Positions 37,035 to 45,960 of a stretch of DNA of 64,000 nt are shown here, piece by piece. Below the pieces are notes generated by a model. The model was not told where the DNA came from and searched no databases. It saw only the letters and a program-made list of their open reading frames with translations. A program made the position numbers and the translations under genes. Position 1 is the first letter of the stretch; each line of letters opens with the position of its first letter. The DNA is taken from positions 164,827-228,826 of the forward strand of contig JAHCRE010000016.1 of assembly GCA_020148145.1 (NCBI GenBank), in the 5' to 3' direction. This DNA is from Patescibacteria group bacterium. Lineage in GTDB: Bacteria; Patescibacteriota; Minisyncoccia; Minisyncoccales; JAHCRE01.

Positions 37035-37820
37035 TTATAGTGCCCTGAAGGTTTCTTTCAATTGTCTGAGCTTAATCTCACAATCTTTGACAGAGTATCC
37101 TGGAGGATTCATCCCGCACGGTGGAGTTAACAAATCTCCTTCTTGAAAATCTATCACATCACTCCTTTCATCTATGCCCCACGCAATTCTTTTGTCACTA
37201 CGATATCCGCTAGATTGAATGAAACGACGACCATATTTAGAGGCATCAAAACTTATAATCTTAATGATATCCAAGGCGAACAATTGATTCCAGTCCATAT
37301 TCCCGCAAGTATGAATGCCGAGTGTGACATTATGTAGGCCTGGTTTTGCCTCAAGAGCTGTGAACAATCTCTTCCATAATTTTCTGTAATCCACGCTCAA
37401 TAGCCCCCGTTTTCTCAAAGCAGATTCACTTAGCCTGAATCTACTCTTGTCAAAGCTGACCATCTCTAACACTGGCTCATCTAAGAAAAGTATAATTTCT
37501 TCTGCGTGCAGACCCTTTGTAATGCCAAGAAGATGGGTATGGGCTCTTTGGATAGCTTCTTTCTCATCGTATCCATTGTAAACTAATGTTGCGGGACCAA
37601 CGCACTGGATTTTTACTATCGTAAAGTCGTGTTTCGTAAATTCCTTCAAACAACTTAATTTGCCTGGTTTTTTGATGTAATCTAACATAGCATCTCCTAA
37701 TGCTGGAAGCTCTGGCAAAAATGGAATAATATCGCTTTCTACGCTGTATTTAACAGCTTCTTTTATATCCTTGTGGGGCAAGGAACCAATTAGGGTAATA
37801 GGAAACATTCTATTCGTCAC
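37035..37820 (-). CDS. Cobalamin-independent methionine synthase (MetE C-terminal domain)-like protein
   Basis: ITLIGSLPH (cf. MetE TTIGSFPQT) and a HTCGN putative Zn-binding His/Cys; 261 aa. Confidence 0.45.
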   Translation of the reverse strand: MTNRMFPITLIGSLPHKDIKEAVKYSVESDIIPFLPELPALGDAMLDYIKKPGKLSCLKEFTKHDFTIVKIQCVGPATLVYNGYDEKEAIQRAHTHLLGITKGLHAEEIILFLDEPVLEMVSFDKSRFRLSESALRKRGLLSVDYRKLWKRLFTALEAKPGLHNVTLGIHTCGNMDWNQLFALDIIKIISFDASKYGRRFIQSSGYRSDKRIAWGIDERSDVIDFQEGDLLTPPCGMNPPGYSVKDCEIKLRQLKETFRAL

Positions 37821-37869
37821 CTTTCTACAAGTTGTTAATGCGCTACTTCTAAAATTATATCATTTCATT

Positions 37870-38010
37870 CAAAAAGTCAAGCCCCGAGAAAAACTCTCGG
37901 GGCGGGCGGCTCCCCAGGTCGGTCTGGAACCCAGATTTAAAGGGGAAATTAGGCGATTTTGAGAGTTCCAAATAACGCCCCTCGGTCGGGGCGTTTTTTC
38001 GAAAAATGAG
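37870..38010. repeat. GC-rich mosaic intergenic element (ccccgagaaaaactctcgggg terminator module plus ggtctggaaccc...aggggaaattagg module plus gcccctcggtcggggcgtttttt terminator)
   Basis: Homologous to 38535-38625 and shares modules with the 20.4-24.3 kb and 28.6 kb islands. Confidence 0.6.
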
Positions 38011-38037
38011 ACGAAGGAAAGAGTATAAAGAAATAAA

Positions 38038-38451
38038 TTACAAATCTTCTTCAGTAATTACTTTTATTCCATTTTTTTTCAATAAAGCAACTGTCACTCC
38101 ATCCCCCTCAATCAATCTATCGGAAAAAGTCCCGTCATAAATTTTCCCGCATCCGCAAGATGGACTTTTTTGTTTAAGGATTGCTTCTTTTATATTAAGT
38201 AGTCTCGCCAAGTGTAAAACTTGTTCTGCTCCTCTTGTAAAATTCTCGGTGACATCCTTTCCGGATTTCGTTACAACCTTATCTCCTTTCTGTTCTGAGG
38301 GCTCTCTTGGAGTTGGTAAACCACCCAATTGCTCTGGACAAATAGGAATTAAGGTTTCTTTCTTTGATAATTCAATAACTTTATCGTTTGGCTTACTCTT
38401 GCTATCATATCGACACTCTATCCCTAATAAACAAGCACTACATAGTTTCAT
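38038..38451 (-). CDS. DUF523 family protein (TudS-like putative thiouracil desulfurase / Fe-S protein)
   Basis: MKLCSACLLGIECRYDS...SPSCGCGKIYDG are the conserved Cys motifs of DUF523. The start was trimmed; the upstream terminator-like module overlaps the longer track ORF. Confidence 0.6.
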   Translation of the reverse strand: MKLCSACLLGIECRYDSKSKPNDKVIELSKKETLIPICPEQLGGLPTPREPSEQKGDKVVTKSGKDVTENFTRGAEQVLHLARLLNIKEAILKQKSPSCGCGKIYDGTFSDRLIEGDGVTVALLKKNGIKVITEEDL

Positions 38452-38459
38452 ATCTTTTA

Positions 38460-38700
38460 TTCTACCAAAAAACCGCCTCTGAGGCGATTTTTGCATGTGG
38501 CCACTCGGTCGCCCTGACGCCTAGGGCCCCTCGGTCTCATGCTCCCCTAGTTGGTCTCGAACCTACGGTTTAAGGGGAAAATTAGGGCTTTTTGAGGGTG
38601 TCCCACAATGCGTCTCGGTCGGGGTGTTTTAAAGCTAAAATGAGACAAATGAGACACTACTTTAGGGTATTTTTAGTGTCTCGTTTTGAATGATTTTCTC
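38460..38700. repeat. GC-rich mosaic intergenic element (tctaccaaaaaaccgcc module plus ctcggtcgccct-N-ctcggtctc module plus ggtctcgaacc...aaggggaaaattagg module)
   Basis: Its modules recur at 28562, 28650, 35090 and 37920. Confidence 0.6.
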
Positions 38701-38768
38701 ACTATACTTTGCTTGGGACCAACCAATTTTTAGTGGGGCTAAATGCTAGACGATAGGTGGGTTAAGAA

Positions 38769-41033
38769 TCAAAATATGCGCTTGGTCTCGTATTTAATAT
38801 TTTTGCAATGTTTTATTTTCTTTAAAAAACTACTCCATTCATCTTTTGTTATTTCTTTTTTCAAAATATGTTTTATATCCATTAAAGGACTATTATTATA
38901 TGAAAATAAATCATTTTCTAAATCATGAATTTCTTTGCATAATTGAAATTTATCGGGCCCCATTAAATTTTTTACTTTTCGCTTTAATTTAAAATATTCT
39001 TTGTTAAGTTCCAGATATTTTTTATTTAGTTTATCTATTTTAGCAACAATACCTTTTTCCTGGTCGGTTCTTTTGTATTTGTGTAAAAATAACCCTAAAT
39101 AAACTAACTTCTCTATTACCCTGGGATGATTATATCCATATCCAAGGTCCACCTTCTCAAAATGTTGTTCTATTAACCTAATATATAAATCTATCAAATG
39201 CTCTACGTCAAAAATCTTATTCTTAAAATTATAACTAATCTCTCTTAATAAAATTTCTAAAACTTGCTCAAGATTAAATAAGAAACTACTTTTTATTTTA
39301 TCTGTTTTTTGAAAATACCAACTCAGCGTATGAAACTGGGTTTTGTATATTTTTTCCAAATCTGTATCGCTAAATTTACTTCTAATTCCATAAATAATCC
39401 TTAAATTATTATCTACCGATTGAATAATTGATAACCCAATTTGTTTATTTTCCAACCCTATATCCCTTGCAAAATCAAGAAGGAAATCACTCCATCTTTT
39501 TAATAATTGTATAAATTTATCTAAATTTTCTTTCTTTTCTTTTTTCTCCTTTATTTTAATGAGCCAATTTATAATATTTACTTGCCACGTATGAAAATTA
39601 ATGAATAAATCACTAATTGACAAACTAAGTCTGCTTGTCATAGATAATAATAAAATTTTTTTCTTTAATTCTTTAAACAAATTTTCCCAAAAAATATCAT
39701 TGTGTTCATACCTATTCCAAGCAATCCGGATCTGATTGAGGTAAATATTTATGAGTTCTTTTAAAAATGTTTCTTTATTGTCTGCAAGACAAAATATAGA
39801 AATTTTATTTATCACTTGATTTATTTGACTATATATAAAATAATTGTCGGTTTTCTGTAATATAAAATTTGATACATTAGATACAGATTTGATAGATTCC
39901 CAAACCCAGTCGTTCTCTTTTGACTCCAATAACTTTTCAATAAATCCTATATAATATGCTGATATTAAATTTAATAATGGATTTTCTTTATAAGCGCCTA
40001 AATTTTTATCGGCATATTTTATATTTAATGAATAACTTAAAATGCTTTCGTAAGCTTCTAGTAAAAAATAAATGTTTTCTTTTCTTTTTTCCTGAATAAT
40101 CCTATTGCCCATTGATTGCAAGTATTCAAGTATTTTGGCTGTAAATCCCTCGTCATCAAAAGAATAAGTTCCCCAAAAAGATGCGGGCATTCTAATAAAA
40201 TATCCGTTTCTCAAGTTTAAATGCTTTAAATATATGTCGTGAATGTATTTTACAGTTAAATTAAAAGAATTTATCTCATTTTTTGCTAATAATCTTAGGC
40301 CTATCTCAAATAGATATTTGACGTTTTCTAATGTAATTAAATGCCAATTACGATTTATTTTATATTGCACATCTAAAGAAAAATCTTTATTTTCTTTTTT
40401 GTATTCAAAAATTTTATTTTGAATATACGCATGTTTTTTTAATTCTTTATTTATTCTTTCTAATTGCTTTATGGCGTCTGTTTTAATTTTTGTTAAAGTT
40501 GTTTCTGGATTTATTCTTTTTCTTAATTCTTTATAGAGACTATAAATAAAGTAAAACGCGACAAATAAAGTAATGACCAATATTTCTAATACATATTTTT
40601 TAAGCAAAATAGGTGTAAAAAAAGACACTATCGTCAAAAACACCAACGACCAAAAGAATATTTTTTCCTTAGGGTCCTTAATGAATTTATTTAAATACTG
40701 AGTAGAAAATAAATCAGCCGTGCTCTGTAAAATAAAGGTTGAAAAAGAAAATATAATAGCAATTGACGCTCCAATAATTCCGGCAGTAGCAAATGCAAAA
40801 CTATATAAATTACCCTCTGAGATAGTTAAATTTAAGTAAATTAAAATCTTGTGTAAAAAAAATACGAAAACACCAAAAAATATAAAATAAAAAAAGATAG
40901 AGTCAATAAATTTTTTTATTTTCTCTCCCAAAAAATGCCATTTATTATTAAGATATTGTTTAGATTTGTAGAAATATAAAAATCCTCTCTGTTTTAAATT
41001 AAATTCTTCTTTCTTTGATTGTTTTTTCGCCAT
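38769..41033 (-). CDS. Large hypothetical membrane protein: about 4 N-terminal TM helices plus a ~550-aa helical cytoplasmic domain, extremely AT-rich
   Basis: 754 aa; strong K/N/I/F/Y bias; GC is markedly lower than the surrounding genes; no recognisable catalytic motif. Confidence 0.5.
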   Translation of the reverse strand: MAKKQSKKEEFNLKQRGFLYFYKSKQYLNNKWHFLGEKIKKFIDSIFFYFIFFGVFVFFLHKILIYLNLTISEGNLYSFAFATAGIIGASIAIIFSFSTFILQSTADLFSTQYLNKFIKDPKEKIFFWSLVFLTIVSFFTPILLKKYVLEILVITLFVAFYFIYSLYKELRKRINPETTLTKIKTDAIKQLERINKELKKHAYIQNKIFEYKKENKDFSLDVQYKINRNWHLITLENVKYLFEIGLRLLAKNEINSFNLTVKYIHDIYLKHLNLRNGYFIRMPASFWGTYSFDDEGFTAKILEYLQSMGNRIIQEKRKENIYFLLEAYESILSYSLNIKYADKNLGAYKENPLLNLISAYYIGFIEKLLESKENDWVWESIKSVSNVSNFILQKTDNYFIYSQINQVINKISIFCLADNKETFLKELINIYLNQIRIAWNRYEHNDIFWENLFKELKKKILLLSMTSRLSLSISDLFINFHTWQVNIINWLIKIKEKKEKKENLDKFIQLLKRWSDFLLDFARDIGLENKQIGLSIIQSVDNNLRIIYGIRSKFSDTDLEKIYKTQFHTLSWYFQKTDKIKSSFLFNLEQVLEILLREISYNFKNKIFDVEHLIDLYIRLIEQHFEKVDLGYGYNHPRVIEKLVYLGLFLHKYKRTDQEKGIVAKIDKLNKKYLELNKEYFKLKRKVKNLMGPDKFQLCKEIHDLENDLFSYNNSPLMDIKHILKKEITKDEWSSFLKKIKHCKNIKYETKRIF

Positions 41034-41057
41034 GTTAATTTCAATTTATTAATTTAA

Positions 41058-41240
41058 CTAAATCTTTTTCTTCTTTGATTTATATCTTTGAGGGCTTATT
41101 CTCCTATCGACTTTGAGGAGTAAATCAAAAAATCCAAAAATAACTGTTAAGCCTCCAATTATGGCTAAAATATCTTTTATTGAAAATTTTTCTATTAATG
41201 GAAAGCTCATATTCCCGTGATACAGTTCGGATTCGAACAA
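41058..41240 (-). CDS. Small single-TM protein
   Basis: 60 aa; overlaps the upstream Zn-ribbon gene by 34 nt, suggesting translational coupling within the operon. Confidence 0.3.
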   Translation of the reverse strand: MFESELYHGNMSFPLIEKFSIKDILAIIGGLTVIFGFFDLLLKVDRRISPQRYKSKKKKI

Positions 41241-41464
41241 ATTATTTTAATTTTTCCATCCTTAACTAAAATTGCTCCGAGATTATCAAGATCAATAACC
41301 GTACTACAATTTAAACACCGGTAGTCGCCATCTTTAAGTTGTTCTAAAACTCCCAGAGAACTTAATAGTTTTAATAAGTCACTCTCATGAACTGCCTTTA
41401 CCTTCGTTTTCTTAAATTTATAGGGAAATGCCCTTATATAAGCTGTAAGTTTATGCCAAAACAT
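41207..41464 (-). CDS. Small zinc-ribbon protein (CxxC...CxxxxC)
   Basis: 85 aa with CLNCSTVIDLD...IICSNPNC. Confidence 0.35.
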   Translation of the reverse strand: MFWHKLTAYIRAFPYKFKKTKVKAVHESDLLKLLSSLGVLEQLKDGDYRCLNCSTVIDLDNLGAILVKDGKIKIICSNPNCITGI

Positions 41465-41544
41465 TTAATTAGTCTTTTTATGGATAAGATTTATCTACTT
41501 TCAAAATAACCTCTTTTTTGAGAAAGTTCAAGATAAAAAACAAA

Positions 41545-41710
41545 AAACGCTTTTCCCTTAGTGGACGAAAGCGATTTTTTTGTTCGTGAAAGTTCGATGT
41601 CCAGTCAGGGTACGGCGATTGTTTCTCGAATTTTTTCCAAAATTAAGTGGGAATCGGTCTCTCGAACCGAGCTCAAGCTGGCTCCGGCGGCAGGACTCGA
41701 ACCCAAACAA
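41545..41710. other. Conserved GC-rich structured leader-like element, copy C, upstream of the AT-rich three-gene operon
   Basis: See copies A and B; ends in gctccggcggcaggactcgaaccc. Confidence 0.7.
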
Positions 41711-41718
41711 CAAAAATC

Positions 41719-42441
41719 TTAGAAGCCGAGGAATTCCCTGATTTTTTTGATGGAAATGGCTGAAACTTTTCCCTCTCTGTCAATTTGATTTAATCCAACT
41801 ACCTGACCTTCAATATTGAATAATGGACTTCCTTCAAGAATCTTTTTTTCAGAAATATTAGTTCGAACGGAATTTTCATCAAAGGTTTTAATAATACCCT
41901 CGTTTACTATTTTTTTTGGGATTCCTTGTTCAAAGATTACACCTAACAAAAAAATTCTCTCTCCTAACTTTATTTTTTCTAAATCGGCAAAGCCCACAGT
42001 GGGTAAATTAGTTTTCTCAATTTTTACTAAAGCTAAATTCTCCTTTAAGTCTCTTTTTAAAACTTGAAAATGGACTATTTCTCCATCAACAAAAAAACTA
42101 AAAGTAGAACTACTGGGAACTAAATTAGCTAAAGTAACCAAGAGACCATCAGAAGTAACAATTAGGCCAGAGCCTTCTAAAATTTCTCCTGCCTTTGTCT
42201 TTGTTTTTACTCCGGCCACCACCTTTTCTACTTTTTCAATAGCATTAATTAAGGCAACATTTTCCTGAATTATGATTTCTTTTCTTTCGGTGACATAAAC
42301 TGGTGATTGCTCAAGTCGATATTGATAAAAAAGTGGCCTTTCGATAAAATAAGGCCATAAAATTTGATCAGCAAAGATTCCTCCGACTGTTCCAATTATA
42401 AAAATGGCTAATATTTTAAGAATATTTTTGACCATTATCAC
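41719..42441 (-). CDS. TM-anchored trypsin-like (S1/HtrA-like, possibly degenerate) peptidase domain protein
   Basis: GSGLIVTSDGLLVT and EGSPLFNIEGQVVGLN resemble the HtrA His-region and GNSGGPL Ser-region, but the match is imperfect. Confidence 0.4.
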   Translation of the reverse strand: MIMVKNILKILAIFIIGTVGGIFADQILWPYFIERPLFYQYRLEQSPVYVTERKEIIIQENVALINAIEKVEKVVAGVKTKTKAGEILEGSGLIVTSDGLLVTLANLVPSSSTFSFFVDGEIVHFQVLKRDLKENLALVKIEKTNLPTVGFADLEKIKLGERIFLLGVIFEQGIPKKIVNEGIIKTFDENSVRTNISEKKILEGSPLFNIEGQVVGLNQIDREGKVSAISIKKIREFLGF

Positions 42442-45197
42442 ACCTGAGCTTTTTCTAATTTTCTTTGTTTTGAGATTTTAACTAAGTCACTAGGTGTTCT
42501 AAAAACAATCTTTTCCTCCTCTACGTCAACAATAACTTTCTCTCCTTTTTTAACTAAACCTGAGACAATTTTTAAAGAAAGGGGATCTAAAATTAATCTC
42601 TGAATGACTCTTTTTAAAGGTCTGGCTCCCAAATTTGGGTCAAAACCTTTTTTGGCTAAAAATTCTTTAGCTGAATTTTCAAATTTAATTTTGATTTTTT
42701 TATTTTCTAATCTTTTTCTAACTTTTTCTAACTCTAACTCAACAATTTTTTTAATTTCCGATTTACCAAGATAATTAAAGATAATAATTTCATCAACCCT
42801 ATTTAAAAATTCTGGCCTAAAATTATCCTTTAGGGCTTCCATTACTTTTTCCTTTAAAGAAAGTTTTGCCTCTTCCTCTTTTTCTCCCAAAAATCCAAGA
42901 GATCCCATCTTAGCAATGTGTTCAGATCCAATATTTGAAGTCATAATCAAAATTGCATTTTTAAAAGAGGCTATCCTACCCTTGGCATCAGTTAACCTAC
43001 CATCCTCGAAAATCTGAAGTAAAATATTAAAAACTTCGGGATGGGCTTTTTCAATCTCATCGAGTAAGATTACGCTATAAGGTCTTCTTCGAATTTTTTC
43101 AGTTAGTTGCCCTCCCTCTTCATAACCAATATAGCCGGGAGGCGATCCAATCATTTTAGAAACTGTATGCTTTTCCATATATTCTGACATATCTAATCTA
43201 ACCAAGGCATTTTCATCATTGAATAAAAATTCAGCTAAAGCCCTAGCTGTCTCAGTTTTTCCTACTCCGGTTGGCCCCAAAAACATGAATGAACCCAGAG
43301 GCCTTTTTTCTTCAGAGATACCAACTCTTGATCTTCGAATAGCATTGGAAATTGCTGAAATTGCTTCTCTCTGGCCTATAACTCTTTTTGAAAGAATCTC
43401 TTCCATTTTTTTCAATTTTTTAACTTCCTCTTCTAAAAGCCGGGTTATTGGAATTCCTGTCCAACGGGAGACAACCTGAGCAACATCTTCTTCTAATACT
43501 TCTTCTTTTAGAATTGGCCGAGTTTTTTGGAATCTGGCTAATTTTTTCTCGGTTGTTTTAAGTTCTTTTAAAAGACGGGGTATTTCTCCATATTTTATCT
43601 CGGCCACTTTTTGTAAATTAGCTTCCTGACCAGCCTTTTCTGCCTGGTATTTCAACTCCTCAATCTTTTTTTTGAGATTTTTAATTTTGGTAATAATTTC
43701 CTTTTCTGACTTCCATCTGGCTTCGAGGGCCTGGGCTTTTTCTTTTAAATCAGCCAGTTGACGAGAAATTACTCTTAACCTCTTTTGAGAACCCTTTACT
43801 CCTTCTTTTTTAAGGGCCTCTCTTTCAATCTCTAATTTTTGAATTTCCCTTTTTAAATCATCGAGTTGGCTAGGCTCTGACTCAATTTCTAATCTCAAAG
43901 CCGACATAGCTTCATCCATTAAATCAACTGCCTTATCAGGTAAAAATCTATCGGTAATATAACGAGCAGCCAACTCAGCTGCTGCCACCAAGGCTGAATC
44001 TCTAATTTTTACCCCGTGATGAAGTTCGTATTTTTCTTTAATTCCGCGCAAAATAGCAATTGTATCCTCGATTGTCGGTTCTTGAACATAAATTGGCTGA
44101 AATCTTCTCTCTAGAGCGGGATCTCTTTCAATATATTTTTGATATTCTTTCAAAGTTGTTGCTCCAATTGCCTTTAATTCTCCTCTAGCTAAAGCTGGTT
44201 TCAATAAATTTGAGGCATCAATTGCTCCTTCAGCTGCTCCTGCCCCTACTAAAGTATGGAGTTCATCGATAAATACAATATATTTACCAGCTGCCCGATT
44301 GATTTCTTTAAGCAGGGCTTTAACTCTGTTTTCAAATTCTCCTCGATATTTTGTCCCCGCTACTAGGGCTCCCAAATCTAAACCAATAATTTCTTTTTCT
44401 TTTATGCTTTCGGGAACATCTCCTCTGACGATTCTCTGGGCCAGACCTTCAACAATAGCTGTTTTACCAACCCCAGCCTCACCAATCAAAACAGGATTAT
44501 TTTTTGTCCTGCGAGATAAGACCTGCATCAATCTTCTAATTTCATTTTCCCGACCAATAACCGGATCTAATTTCCCCTGCCTGGCTAGAGAAGTCAAATT
44601 GCGGGCATATTTTTCAATTACCTGATATTTTGATTCAGGATGAGGGTCAGTAATCCTCTGGCCTCCCCGGATTTTAGCCAAAGTTTTTAAGACAGTCTCG
44701 TAATTTAATTTACCAAATTCCAAAGTGGACGGGCCTCCACTAGGTCGTAAAAAGGTGGCTTTATCTAAAATCTCTTTTGCCTTAGTTTCAATATTAAGAA
44801 GAGCTAAAAATAAATGCTCAACTGAAATAAACTCATCACCCATTTTCATTGATTCTTTTCTTGCTCTTTCCAAGACTCTGGCCATATCCTGGGTTAAATA
44901 AAACTGACCAAGAACCTGAGGAGAGATTATTGCCGGAATTTTATCTAAAGCTAACTTTGTTTTCCGCTTCAGACTTTCAATATCTGCCCCCAATTTCTCC
45001 AACATAGTTAAAACCACGCTTCCTTCCTGAGAAAGTAAGGCGTAAAGAAGATGCAAGGCATCAATTTGTTGCTGTCCTTTTTCCTGAGCAATCCTTTGGG
45101 CCTGAAGTATTGCTCCTTGAGCTTTGTGAGTAAAATTACCGCCTGTAATCATATTATTTGTCAATTTCTTTTTACTATAAGATTTTAAAAAAAACAA
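42438..45197 (-). CDS. clpB: ATP-dependent chaperone ClpB (two AAA+ modules plus middle coiled-coil)
   Basis: Walker A GEAGVGKT and GPTGVGKT, the long coiled-coil M-domain, and the C-terminal D2 small domain. The true start is probably the internal MITGG. Confidence 0.9.
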   Translation of the reverse strand: MFFLKSYSKKKLTNNMITGGNFTHKAQGAILQAQRIAQEKGQQQIDALHLLYALLSQEGSVVLTMLEKLGADIESLKRKTKLALDKIPAIISPQVLGQFYLTQDMARVLERARKESMKMGDEFISVEHLFLALLNIETKAKEILDKATFLRPSGGPSTLEFGKLNYETVLKTLAKIRGGQRITDPHPESKYQVIEKYARNLTSLARQGKLDPVIGRENEIRRLMQVLSRRTKNNPVLIGEAGVGKTAIVEGLAQRIVRGDVPESIKEKEIIGLDLGALVAGTKYRGEFENRVKALLKEINRAAGKYIVFIDELHTLVGAGAAEGAIDASNLLKPALARGELKAIGATTLKEYQKYIERDPALERRFQPIYVQEPTIEDTIAILRGIKEKYELHHGVKIRDSALVAAAELAARYITDRFLPDKAVDLMDEAMSALRLEIESEPSQLDDLKREIQKLEIEREALKKEGVKGSQKRLRVISRQLADLKEKAQALEARWKSEKEIITKIKNLKKKIEELKYQAEKAGQEANLQKVAEIKYGEIPRLLKELKTTEKKLARFQKTRPILKEEVLEEDVAQVVSRWTGIPITRLLEEEVKKLKKMEEILSKRVIGQREAISAISNAIRRSRVGISEEKRPLGSFMFLGPTGVGKTETARALAEFLFNDENALVRLDMSEYMEKHTVSKMIGSPPGYIGYEEGGQLTEKIRRRPYSVILLDEIEKAHPEVFNILLQIFEDGRLTDAKGRIASFKNAILIMTSNIGSEHIAKMGSLGFLGEKEEEAKLSLKEKVMEALKDNFRPEFLNRVDEIIIFNYLGKSEIKKIVELELEKVRKRLENKKIKIKFENSAKEFLAKKGFDPNLGARPLKRVIQRLILDPLSLKIVSGLVKKGEKVIVDVEEEKIVFRTPSDLVKISKQRKLEKAQV

Positions 45198-45466
45198 GTG
45201 TCAAGCTAAATAAAAAAGGAGAGGAAGGAAGAAATCTTTCAATAGATTTTTCCTCACTCTCCATGAAGGATCGAGCTACTTCGGGCTTTTGCTCGAAGTT
45301 AAGCCACGATTTAACTTAAGATCAGAAAAAAGGGGAGATGGAGGGAAAAGGGAGGTAAGAGTTCTTGTTCTGCCCTTACTTTCCTTATCTTTAATTTTTG
45401 TAAAGGAGGTACAATTACCTCTTTAGGAGACTCAGTCTCGACCTTGCCTTTTTCCCTGTTTTCCTC

Positions 45467-45664
45467 TTACTTGCCGAAGGTTTCGTCAAGAAGCTCTTCA
45501 ATGATGATTCTTCCGAATTCCTTCAACTCATCAAGAGAAATTCCGGTAGCTTTGGCTACATTACCCAGTTCTCTCTTAAAGTCCGGGCCCAGTCGGAGAT
45601 TTGAGCGAGCCATCCGGTACTTCAGGAGAATTAAGGCAATCTCGCCTTTTCTTTTCTCATCCAA
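45467..45664 (-). CDS. Small hypothetical protein with a strong promoter and Shine-Dalgarno-like sequence (possible TTG start)
   Basis: The reverse complement shows TTGACA-17-TATACT, then GGAGG 8 nt before TTG. The encoded sequence is ...RSNLRLGPDFKRELGNVAKATGISLDELKEFGRIIIEELLDETFGK. Confidence 0.35.
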   Translation of the reverse strand: MDEKRKGEIALILLKYRMARSNLRLGPDFKRELGNVAKATGISLDELKEFGRIIIEELLDETFGK

Positions 45665-45689
45665 GAAATTCACCTCCTTTTTTCTTTCT

Positions 45690-45722
45690 ATCTTAAGTAT
45701 AGCAAACAAATTTATCTTTGTC
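45690..45722 (-). promoter_or_regulatory. Sigma-70 consensus-like promoter TTGACA-17-TATACT
   Basis: Reverse complement reads cgtacTTGACAaagataaatttgtttgcTATACTtaag. Confidence 0.55.
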
Positions 45723-45779
45723 AAGTACGACAAAAAAAACCGAGGCTTCACCTCGGAAAAATCCTTAAGCGAGAAAAGT

Positions 45780-45960
45780 AATTTTTAGGATAAAATTAAG
45801 TGAGGTAGCTGCTGACAAGGACGCCTCGGAGGCCAAGCGGCCATGGTTCTGCCGAAGGCAGAGAGCGAGGCCAAGAGACGAGCAGCAGTCGTCTCGGTGG
45901 GACGACTGACTGCGTGCCTTGGAAGCAGTCTACCGAACGATGTTCTATTCGCTTCTCTCA
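45780..45960. ncRNA. GC-rich (about 60%) structured island, candidate small ncRNA of unknown identity
   Basis: Multiple hairpins (agacgagcagcagtcgtct; ctgccgaaggcag), no ORF support, and weak partial resemblance to SRP RNA domain IV (ggaagcagtc). Confidence 0.25.

Noticed and set aside
45780-45960. Bacterial SRP (4.5S) RNA
   Set aside because: Only a short ggaagcagtc-like segment resembles domain IV; the flanking conserved helix 8 sequence and the GNRA tetraloop context do not align. This is kept only as an unspecified candidate ncRNA.
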